64,000 bases of DNA from Podarcis vaucheri (Eukaryota), in NCBI GenBank assembly GCA_965113315.1, contig OZ220366.1; one strand, written 5' to 3'. Below the pieces are notes generated by a model, which ran no database searches, had not been told where the DNA came from, and saw only the letters and a program-made list of their open reading frames with translations. Position 1 is the first letter of the stretch. Every line of letters begins with the position of its first letter. The position numbers were made by a program, and so were the translations under genes. This document shows, piece by piece, positions 9,935-21,800 of the stretch.

Positions 9935-10143
9935 CAGTGGTACCTTGGGTTACAAACACTTCAGGTTATAGACTCCGCTAACCCGGAAATAGTACTTCGG
10001 GTTAAAAACTTTGCCCCAGGATGAGAACAGAAATCGCACGGCGGCAGTGGGAGGCCCTATTAGCTGAAGTGATACCTCATGTTAAGAACAGTTTCAGGTT
10101 AAGAACGGACCTCTGGAATGAATTAAGTTTGTAACCAGAGGTA
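9935..10143 (+). mobile_element. Tc1/mariner-pogo MITE, family A, right TIR truncated
   Basis: TA|CAGTGGTACCTTGGGTTAC ... GTAACCAGAGGTA; the terminal CCACTG is missing. Confidence 0.8.
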
Positions 10144-11317
10144 ATTTTGATTAGGGGGCAGATCTGATCACTTTATTTCTTCTGCACACTTCTGATAATA
10201 GAGGATGTTTGTCCTTCCAGCTCTTGACCAGGAATATTTCTGCCTGCTTTGCAGGAGGTATTGATAAGGATACAGCCGCTTAGAGGGACTTCTACTAGAC
10301 TAAAGTCTGCATCAGCTAGTGAAAAAGGCTAGTAAAATGAGAAAAATAGCAGCTGTACATTTTGTCTCATATCTCGCTTCCTTGACTGCTAGAAGCTTAC
10401 TCCTTTTAGAAAGATGTTAGCTGGTCACTTGGGGCTCATGCTGTGTGGGACAATTCACCTCCACACACATAGATACCTTTGCTGGTGCTTTTTTCAAACT
10501 GGTTTCTGGGAGGCCGTTAGGGTTTCCAAATAGCAGTTCTGAATACTGAGTTGATCTTGTCTCTTTTGTGGCCTCTTTTGACTGTGTCTTTCCCTTATTA
10601 AACTCCCCTGCCACCATGAAGTCATGGCCATTTGCCTGAAAAATACACAACACTTTCTCTCATGGTTATTAAGATGTGGCACATACAACATCATTTTCTA
10701 CGTGGCTGATAGTAATGAAAGCTGCTGAAAGGCCCAGCATGAAGATTTTATTGACTATTAAAATATATGAGCCATATTCAACTAGGACATTGCACTTGCA
10801 GAAGCCAGGACAAGGGCTTCTGCTGGCACAATGGGATTTCCCTTGAGAGAACCATTGGAACAGTGTGCAGGGGAAGGAGAGAGAGAGTATTGTTACATAT
10901 GGTAAGCAAAAATGCTGTCACCAATGGAAAGATACCCTTAGCGCTACAGCAAATACAGCCCATAGCTTCTAAAGTCATATGATAAGAATGGCTGGTATGT
11001 TTCTCCAAGATCCCCCACTTAATAATATAGCATACTGAGCCGCTTTCTTAATCTAAGAAAGTAACTCCTTCTATCTACATTTGCTTTTGCCTTTATAAAG
11101 AGTTAATTGTTAACTTGCTCACTGAGGCTTGCGGGAAAGTGTTCAGTTCCTGTTTACATCTGCCTCTGTGAATTAAAACATATCTCAGTTTCCTGACAGA
11201 TGGAAAAAATAATAATCACTACTGTACATTTATTTTATTAAATGATAATTAAATGAAAACATAGTATCAGAAGCAATATATACAGTTGCTAAGTTTGGCA
11301 AACCAATTAAATCAAGT

Positions 11318-11453
11318 CAGGCTTCTTCAACCTCGGCCCTCCAGATGTTTTGAGACTACAATTCCCACCATCCCTGACTACTGGTCCTGCTAGCTAGGGA
11401 TCATGGGAGTTGTAGGCCAAAAACATCTGGAGGGCCAAGTTTGAAGAAGCCTG
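11318..11453. mobile_element. Palindromic hAT-type MITE
   Basis: TIR CAGGCTTCTTCAA...TTGAAGAAGCCTG. 8-bp TSD AATCAAGT/AACCAAGT. Confidence 0.85.
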
Positions 11454-12713
11454 AACCAAGTAATGCACGTGAGAATGGAGTTTGGAACCTGTAGTCATCC
11501 AGCTGTTTCTGGACTACAACTCCCATCTGGACTACATCATCATCTGGAGGGCCACAGGCTAGCCACACCTGCTTCAAGTTTCACTCTGAGTCAATTGCAA
11601 CAAATGCCTAAAACCTATTTTCTTTTAGTAGTGAAGTGTGTACTGTTAGACCCTAATGACAGGCTTGCCATATATAATTATGGATTCCTTTCCATTGCTG
11701 CTGGTTAAAATGTTTGATATACAACATTATGTGCATGAAAAGGTTTGGGTGGCAGGCTTGTGTGCGTGCCCTGCCTCGAGTTGTCGTGTTGTCCAAACTG
11801 GACAAACCATTGCTTACTTGTTTGCCAAAATCAATCCGTGACTTGTAGGCAAACAGTGATTTACCCCAGTTCAGACAAAATGGCAAGTTATGGTTCGCTG
11901 AGAATCCGGAAGCAAGTGCAGAAATCATGTGCATGAAGTGGTAGAGAGTCCACACCAACCCGAGGCTCAAGCCTGTTTGTGCATGTAATGCACCAATTTG
12001 CAGTAATCTTCATTTTTAGATGCTTATTTGAGCCTGAAAAACTGTGATTTGTTAACCATTAGTGCAGTTTGACGTGCTTTGGTTATACAACTGAACCGGC
12101 ATAGGATTCATGAATTACGAGTACCGAGTAGAGCAATTGTCTATTGTCATTCTTACAGTGAATAAATAAAAACCTCTTGGTTTCCCATAACAGAAAAATT
12201 ACTAATCTGATTCCAGTGAGAGCAATTTTAATATAAAATACTAGGGTTTCTAGATGAAGAAAAAAGCAGACATGTCTGTAGCAATACTATTTCAAGTATC
12301 AACACAGCCTTGAATGTTAACGGGTATTTTGTCCTAGAAGGTGGGACATTCGAGTATATGTGAATGTGTGCAGTTTGGAGTATTTAATTATCTTATCATG
12401 TCACATTATCAGTAAAATAACTGATGAGTAACTTTCTTGTATTTTCGAGATTTTGTATGAAACAGTGAATGGTTCTTGCAGTTTCAAAGCATCTTTGGAA
12501 CTGAACTACAGCCTCAAAGCAGTGGGATCACATTTTTTGGTAGAATTTAATTCAGCAAGAAGAGCATTAAATCAGCTAATCTTGTGTGTTTAGTGACCCT
12601 CATTAAGGACAACTGCATACACATAATGAGTACAGTATATAAAATGCCATTAAGATCTGACCAGAGTTTGTTTTTGTTTGTTTCCAAGAACATTTTGGCT
12701 ATGAAAATTTAAA

Positions 12714-12851
12714 ATGGACCCTGAAGAGCAGGAGCTGCTTGGTGATTATAGATACAGAAATTATTCTTCAGCAATTGATAAAGCTTTAAGGAACTTTGAA
12801 TCATCGAGTGAATGGGCAGATCTTATATCTTCTCTTGGTAAACTTAACAAG
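12714..12851 (+). CDS. DOP1B: DOP1B coding exon 1 (gene exon 2; acceptor at 12688/12689)
   Basis: MDPEEQELL...SSLGKLNK, donor AAG|GTACAG. Confidence 0.95.
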
Positions 12852-15800
12852 GTACAGTATCTGGTTTTTTGCTGTTCTTACTGTTGTTCAAAAAAATAAA
12901 AATGAAAATTTTATAGCACATAATGACAGCTAGTAGGCAGGTTTACAGTTTGTATATCATTCTGAAAAGCTGTTGATAAGCATATTCTGGATGGTATTCT
13001 AGTACAAAAGGCAGTTGCAAAATGAAACAAATCAATTTTTACAGAAGTACAAAAAGCAGCTGCAAATGATAGTTTGGAGGGACAAATAGCAGCAGAGCAA
13101 CAAAACCCTCCAAACAGCCATGCTGGATTGTGTGGACAACTATGCTTCCAAAAATCCAGTTGATTCTCTTGAAATTGTAGCTTCTTTGAAATTTCCTAAG
13201 TCATGAATTGCCGTGATGTGTTGGGTTGAAAATGAACGATTCATGACCCTTTAGTGATGCTTTTCCCATATCACTGACGTGAATTAACAGTGTTTTTTAC
13301 CCTGTGTAGTGTGACAGCTTTCAAGAATGGTTGGTCACTTTTCTGTTGTGGTTTGAATGCGTTGTGATGGAACCAAGTTACACATATAACAGCAAAATTC
13401 TCACTTCGTATTTCATGTCACTAAAGAGCTCAGCTTTGTTGCCAGCTTAAGTGTACCACTCAGTGAAGGGGGGGGAGTGTCTCAGGGTCAAACACCAATT
13501 TCGGCCCTCCGGGCCTTTCTATATGGCCCTCAGCTCTCCCCAGCCATATCCCTCTCCTGCCTTGATTTACACGCTCAGTTATTAATATTTTTTGCCTGGC
13601 TAGAATGTGTCCTTAAGCTTGGGTAATGCTTCTTGTTTGCCTGGATGGAAGATACAAGAAGGGTGTGTGAGTATGTGCAGAAACTAGTTTACTGTACAAA
13701 AGTAAAATTCATGTTCATTGCTCTGCCTCCTTTAGCCTCTGGCACTGCCCACCACAGGTATGTGCCACCTCGCAGAAGGTTATCCAAAAGGGAATGTGGC
13801 ACTCAGGATTAAAAAGGTTCTTCATCCCTGCCTTAGCACTTTGACTCCAAAAAAGAATCGTTCTGGATGCAACTGTGCAAAGCAAGGGCTTATAGTTAAA
13901 CAGCAGCATATACAAGCTATAATAAACAGAATATGTGCTTACCCTGATGCCAGAGGTGAGGAATCTCTACCCTGCAAGCCTAATTAGGCCTGGTTCTGGT
14001 CCAGATTTGACCCATGAAAGAATTTGTCAAAAACCACTCCTACATATGCAGCTAGGAAGGAACTGTCGGGATCTTAAAGAGAGCTCCTGATTCTTCCTTT
14101 GCAAGAGGAGCTCCCTATCAACACCAGTCAGTTGGGATCAGCCGCCCTGAGGAGTTCCCTGTCTGCAGCTCCCTAGTGCATCCAAAAGAGTTGGAAAAAA
14201 TGATTCACAGTGCTTTCAATCCAAGCCATTTCCTGTTCAGAGGGGGAAATGCCCTGTTTAAAACAGAGCATTTCTCTCTCTCTCCAGAGCAAGCCCTTTT
14301 GAAGGCACTCTCCCAGTTCCTTCCAGCTGATTGGCATCTGTCAAAGCTCAAAGGAAGTCTGTGTAGCTCCCAGTTGGTGGTTATGGCAACCTATTCTGAA
14401 GATGCGCTTTCCGTGCCAATCACCTGATGTCATTATGACGCAAGAAGATGACTCTGTTGACCTTGATCCTCTGTCTAGTTATGCACATGGAACCTGCTTC
14501 CACTTTTTCACTCGGTGCCAGTAGCTAGGAGGCTTGCGTCCAACCAGCTTACCAAATACTGTAGATTGCTTCATCCCAAGGAAGGCAAAATCTTTTAAGA
14601 GTTCTCTCTCCAGGGACCCTGGTGTTCTTCAGCCTTCATGCGATATCTCCTGAGACAAATTCTCCAACCCTAATTTAGCGTGCTCCCCTTCCTACCTCCT
14701 TTCTCCCCGTTGTTTCCTACCCTTCTTCTATCTCTGACTTGATTTTGATACAGCTGTGTACCTAAGGGGAATGCACAGCCTCCTGCTCCCCTTGCAACCC
14801 ATCTCTTCCTTTCCCCAATTAAGGGGTCTCAAGGGAAACAAGTTGCCTTCCTTTAGAGACTGAAGGGAACCTTTAAAACCTTGCTTACTTTCAGCTTCCC
14901 ATCATTGCCTTTGCCTGCATGACACTTGTTTCTGTAGAGTAAAACCATGACCCATAATTCAAAAGGAAAAGCTCCCTTTAGCTCTGGTAAATCAGTTGTT
15001 GCGATAAACTCCTAGGTCACTGTGAGGCCTTAAGAAAAGACTTCCACACGTTCCATTTTTCCCTGGAACAGGGAAATATCTGTGCTTCCTTTTTTCTATT
15101 TCCACAATAATTCCTCTAGTTTCACTGTTCTCCGTCCTGTCCCAAACTTCATTTCGTTTTCAGCTTGAGTTATCTCCAAGGGAATTAGGTATCCCATGCA
15201 GCCTGACAGATCAGTTCCCACCCCCACCCCCTTTGAACCACTTGAGAATCGCTGAAGGTCTTGGCCAGGCATAGGCAGACTCAGCCCTCCAGATGCTTTG
15301 GAACTACAATTCCCATCATCCCTGACCACTGGTCCTGTTAGCTAGGGATCATGGGAGTTGTCCCAAAACTTCTGGAGGGCCGAGTTTGCCTATGCCTGGT
15401 CTTGGCAGACCATTTAATGAGTTTTCTACCTGTTGCAGCAATTGCAGTTTCATAGAATGGTAAGTTGTACAATGTAAGAAGCAATAAAAATAAAATACAA
15501 TTAAAAATCAGTATGAATCTTCAGTATGATGGAAGTCTTTCAACTTCAACCACAAATTCAGACTAGGTCTGGGCAATATATCGGTATATCACTGAGTGAA
15601 ACCGCCATCCCACTCTTCCCTCTTGCGACGGAGAGGGGGAAAAACAAGCTGTGTTGACAAGGTGCCGATACAGCTTGTTCCTCCCTCTGCATCTTAAACT
15701 GCTCGACTGAGGACGTCCCCCCCCCCCCCGCCCAGCTGAGTGGCGCAAACAAGCTGCATTGTCCCAGCCCACAAGCCTGGGTGAAACAGCCTCACCCCTT

Positions 15801-18800
15801 GAGGTGAGAGCTGAGGCAATTTCACCCAGTGTCTCGTGGGCAGAGGCCAATGCAGCATGTTTTTTCAACATCACGGTATATCACGGTATATTGGCTGGTG
15901 ATACACCATGATGCTGAAAAGCTGGTATCACCTAGTCCTAATTCAGAAACACTGCAGATCACCTGAAATTTAGCTCATGGACCACAGCTTCGGAAACCCT
16001 GGTTTAGGCTATGCTTTGCTTGCACATTCTTCAATACCTGTTTGTTCCACAGAGGCATACTTACTAATCCTTTCGTTGTTTTGCAGTAACCTATATCAGG
16101 GGTGGGAAACTGGATCCAGAAAGTGTGCTGGCTTGTTTATCTTCCCCACTCCCTTTGGGTGGCTAGAGGTGCCTGCCCCAAGGACATCAAGTGCCCCAAG
16201 TGGGCCAAGGTAGTATCTGGGGTAATGAGGTGGTGCCATATTACCATCCTTCTGACAGAAGCATTGCTGCCACTTACCTAAATGGTGCAGGGTAGGTCAG
16301 GGTGGCAGCAAGGTAGAGACTGCACAGGCACACTGGTGGGAGCGCTGGATTGGCACTCTTGGCGCACCCGTGTAGCCCTGACTTCACCAGCAGCACCCTG
16401 ACCCATCTCCTCACAGTTCTTATAAGCTGCAGCCCTTGAGAGGTCAGTGGTGTGGCACCGCACAGACCAATCCCAGTTTACTCTGTAATCCTGTACACTT
16501 TGAGCTTGGTCTGAGTTAACAGGCATGTTCAAAAATATTTGTAGTAGCTAATCCTAATAGCAGGCTAATAGTCCTAAAATATATTTGTTGATCAGTCAGT
16601 GAGTTTTATACAAGTTGTATTGATTAACTGTCGGTAATTTTTGAATCAGGAAACATACTTCCTTTTGTAGATGAATTGCATGTATTTATAGCAGGCATCC
16701 TCTTAGACTTATTCCCTCCTATATGCTGGCCAGATGCAAGTTTTATAACAGCATATAGAAAATATTTAAAAAATCTTTCCTGTATCTCACTTTTGCCATT
16801 GCCTCTGCGAATGTGCATAAGCCAGCTCCTATTGCTTTCTTTTCATCCCTGTTCTTTCTTGAAGTTTTCTGTAACAATTCTACCATGACCGTCTTACCTA
16901 TTTTTAATATGGGCTTTTATGTACTGACTATTCACATTGGTATGGAAATGGTAGCATTTTCTTCCTATTGGCAATGGAACAGAATCATGCAGAGCAACTC
17001 TTACTCATGGCCACAGCATACGTTATGCAACAGATGCATGTAACAGTCTCTTCATTTTGTGTGAGTATGTTTAATGAAGAATAGCTCTGGGAGGCTACAA
17101 ATTAAGTAGAGGAACGGCAGGGGAAAGGAACTGCTTAACTTCCCCATCTTTGGAGAGAGAAAATAACATTGGGGACCATACTCACCTAGTTTGTTCTTTG
17201 CTTCTTCAGTTGAAACTACTCCGTAGCTGCTAGGCACTGGCATAACACAACAGGAAAACCTTGGAAAATAAGTTTTTTCTTTGAAATGTTCACTGGAATG
17301 TGCTCCATTTGCTTAGAACATGGGTATTTGTTGCACATAAATGCAGTGGTCAAGGCAGAATGACTACTTGCAAATTAATCTTAGTTTGAGATGCACACTT
17401 AATTTATGGGTGCCAAGCAAAGCTGTACAGTACTGCCTTTGCTTACATGTGCATTAATACTCTTTCCCCATCTGCTTCAAACTTGCATGTGTAGGGTTTT
17501 TTTCTTGTCTTTTTCTGCTGCAGGTAGTAAATCACATTCTGAGCTTCTGGGTCTTAAATGCCTCGTTGGTGTTACGGGCAGTGATTGTAATTGGTCTTAA
17601 TTAGATTTAATGGTATAAACTAAGTTCTCGACAGGATAGTGGGGATTTTCCAGTTGACAGGTCTTGATGTTGTAGCAGATGTTGACCAGGCTAACTTGTC
17701 ATAGTAGTGTTGAACAGTGTTTGATTTACAGTATTTCAAAATTTATTTGCTGCCTTAAAACTACTAGGTAGTTTGCTTTAAGCTGTTTTTAATGTTGCAG
17801 TTTAAATTGTTTTGACCTGCCCTGGGAACATAGACAGAAGGGTGGGTTATTCTTATTACTATATTACTGTTAGTATTAATAATAATACAGCTCATTGCTA
17901 GTCAGGCAAGAGCTTAACTATCAGCCAGGTTCAGATGACGCATTAAGAAAACCTTAGCTTAGCTCACTCCTGCACCAAAACGGACCAGAGAAGAACAAAG
18001 TGGCTGTGAGCTCCTTCCTGAGAACCCACACATTTGCACTGAGGCAAGGCCTGGCTTAGCATGATGTGTGGACCATTGCTTCATACTACTTCCTTATCAT
18101 GTGACAAATAGGGTAACTGAGTCCTTCTGATAAGAAGTTTTAGTGCCCCCACGAGCTGTTCAGCTGAATGTTTGAGTGGCATAGCAATACAGCCCTTGCA
18201 CACCCATATCCATTTGTTTGTAGAAATGAAAATGATTAGCAAAATTTTCAAGATGGGTTTAAATTTGTAATATAAAACACGAGGGGGGGGGAAACCCTGT
18301 TGAATGAATTTTTAAATATTTTTCCAATGCCATATTCTTTTGCATTATGGATCACAAATTAGCTGCAGTCGTTTGGATCTTTGATCAGTTTACTTTTGCA
18401 AACTCAGCATAGCAATTCACACACCCTTAACAAATAGTCCAGATGTTTACACTCTGTCTACTTGTTCCCAACCCAGTTATATATTCTAGCTTTTACATAT
18501 TCTGCCTGTTCTAGGACTTCCGTGAAAAGAGAGAACTATTACTATTCTATGCCACAAAACATGCCTTTGTTTAACACAATTCTGTCCTTCTGAAACCAAT
18601 CTCTAGATTCAGAGTGGTGAACAGGGGTTGGTAGCGCAACTGTATACATAGTCAAATTGTATGGGGACCACATTTTGAGATACTTGCATTGCAGCAGGGT
18701 GAACTAGATGACCCCATTGCACAGATTCAAACTGCCAACCTTCTGATCAGCAAGCCCAAGAGGCTCAGTGGTTTAGACCAGAGCGCTACCCATGTCCCCA

Positions 18801-21800
18801 TAAGTCTGCTAGTAACAACATGCATACATAATCTGATTTTTGTGCTGTCTTTCCATAGTCAAAATCATGCTCAAGGTGGCTTACAGCATGAAAAAATACA
18901 TAATTACAACATAAGAAAAGCCATAAACAATAAATAAAACACCAAAAATACACAACCAAATTGAAACAATTTCCACATAAGATCTGAAATAAAGGTACAA
19001 AACAATTAAAACCAGTAACAGCAATAGCCCCCTCACACACACAAACAGTACTCCATCCCATGAGTGTTTTCGGCAGGTTCAGTTTTTGTAACTGGAGTCA
19101 GTCCAGGCCCCACCCTCTCAGGCCATGTGGAAAAAGGCCATCAAGGCAGGGAGCAGGTTCTCCAGGACTCACAGCTGAGGTGATCTTTGGCCTCTTCAGC
19201 GGCCTCATCTATCTGAAGGCTAGTTCTGTTAAGTAGAAGATTACAGTAAAGCTTTAGCTAAGTTCATTTGCTGACTAATGTTGATGTAAGTTATAACATT
19301 TAATTCCTACCATTATTTTACAGGCTCTTCAAAGTAATTTGAAGTACTCCCTTTTACCAAGGCGTCTGATTATTAGCAAGAGGTTATCTCAGTGTTTACA
19401 TCCAGCGTTGCCCAGTGGAGTGCACCTGAAGGCACTAGAGACCTATGAAATAATATTTAAAATCATTGGAACCAAATGGCTTGCAAAGGACTTGTTTCTA
19501 TACAGGTAAACATTCTACTTAAAAAGTAAGACTGTAATTTAATATTAGTGGCTGTGCTTGCAGATAATATTAAACTCTGGTTTAGCGCTGCAAGGATGAG
19601 TTGCAGAAGGCGCTCCAGCTCCCGCTTCCCCTCCCCTCGAGTGTGACTGCAAAAAGCAGATTTGGAGCTTCTGTTTCAGGTAAACTACAGTTTAATGTCA
19701 TGTACAAACCCTGAACTGTAGTTAGTCTTCACTATTGTTGTTGAAACGAGCCAACTTCATAAAGTGTGGTTTGAGGTTAACCTGTTTGAACAAATAACTA
19801 AGATTAGCCGCAGTTTTCCAGGTTTCAGTAGTCACAAAAAGCTGTGGTTAATTTCAAATGGGAACAAATGTTTCTTAACTTTCTCATAGCTGCCTCAGGG
19901 GAGAAGGAAGTGCACAAGCCCAAGGTAGTTGAACGGGGTGTTCAACACATCCTTGTAATAGGTAAAGGTAAAGGTACCCCTGCCCGAACGGGCCAGTCTT
20001 GACAGACTCTGGGGTTTGTGCGCCCATCTCACATCTATTGGCCGGGGGCCAGCGCTGTCCGCAGACACTTCCGGGTCACGTGGCCAGCGTGACAACGCTG
20101 CTCTGGCGAGCCAGAGCCGCACACGGAACGCCGTTTACCTTCCCGCTGGTAAGCGGTACCTATTTATCTACTTGCCCCCGGGGGTGCTTTCGAACTGCTA
20201 GGTGGGCAGGCGCTGGGACCGAGCAGCGGGAGCGCACCCCGCCGCGGGGATTCGAACCGCCGACCTTTCGATCGGCAAGCCCTAGGCGCTGAGGCTTTAG
20301 CCCACAGCGCCACCCGCGTCCCATCCTTGTAATACTAAGCCGTAATTTAAAATAATGTGTGAATGCAGCCAATGGCTGACACCCACTCCCCCTTTTTAAA
20401 TCTCTCATTCTCTCTCTGCCACCAGCTCAGGCTTGTTTCCATTGCTGGCAAATGCAGCAATGTCGGTGAGGCCTGTTCTTCTTGGCCTGTACGAGAAATA
20501 CTTTATCCCACTGCAGAAGTGCCTCTTGCCAAGTCTTCAAGCCTTCTTGATTGGACTCCTGCCCGGTTTGGAGGAAGGGTCAGAAATCTATGACAGGTTG
20601 GTATCACTTGCTCTTACAATAAATGTCATTACATTTTAAAAAACTTTTTAAAAATATATTTATTTAATAGAAATCCCCCACTTCCAAGAGTTGTTCACCT
20701 GTGCACTATGGGTTATGTGGAAAGGCTCTTGGTGGAGTCAGAGAAGACAAGCTACTGAAAGAAACAGGAAGGGCAGAGCCGTAAGGATTTAAGAGTTAAG
20801 ATGTTCTGTTTGTATTTGGCAAGGGCCACAGGACAACTTGAGCAGGAAGTGCCTGTGGCTGCAGAATCATAAGTGCAAACAAGCAGGTTCTTTTGGGTAC
20901 AAATGGAAATGTCGCTGTGCCAAAAGGCATCTGGAAGCAGCAGGAAAAGCTCCCTTCTGCTTAATATTTACAAGCTCTGTCAATGGAATTTAGAGAAAGC
21001 CTTGCCAGTTTCAGAGTTTTATGGAAACATTTGCTTGAGCTTTATCCTCTAAACTCACCCTAAGCATTTTTGTTTTTTTCTTTCAGTCTTATAAGAGTGC
21101 AAAGTATGTCACTATTGCCTATTGTAGATAGGAGTAAGGGATGAAACATAGAGACTTAAGGCCTCTAACAAGATTATGACTGGTATGAGATTTGGAACAT
21201 CAGTGATGCAGAACTGATGCAGTGTAGTTGAGAGTCTTGTCAGCCATCAAGTCTGTCTCTACTACGTGTATTATTTAATTATGCACATAATTTGTGTGGG
21301 TAGTTTGCTTTTGGTTAAGCTCACAGGATGCGGGCTTCCTTTCTCTAATTCTGCAAATTCATAGTATTAATCCAGTTATGTAGACAACTGAACTATCAGA
21401 AATGATTTTCAAATATTAAAGCCTTCTCAGACACCAGATCTTCACCAAAATCCACAAAAGGCAGGTGAATGGGATACTGTTAGTATTACTTACCTTTCCA
21501 ATATGTTTCACCGCCACCACATGTTGGTACTCCCCGCCCCCCAAGCAAAGTCTTCGCAAAAATCTGTATTTGAAAGAGAAGAAACAAAGGTGGGAAGCTT
21601 GCGTCCTGTTCTTATCAGCACTTCCTGAGGTGATTACTTCTTTCCGATCAAGAGATTCTGTCCACTTAATTTATTCAGATTATGAGCAATCATTGGGTGA
21701 CTCGTACATTAAGTCTTGCCCATTAGTGATGTGACTTGGTGGGGAGGAGAGATTTAAAGCAGATGGCCATAAGTAGCCCCTTATTATATTTAAATACTGA

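Noticed and set aside
13960-15100. Pyrimidine-rich unique-looking block suspected to be ERV/LTR internal sequence
   Set aside because: No LTR termini, PBS/PPT or gag/pol motifs could be read.
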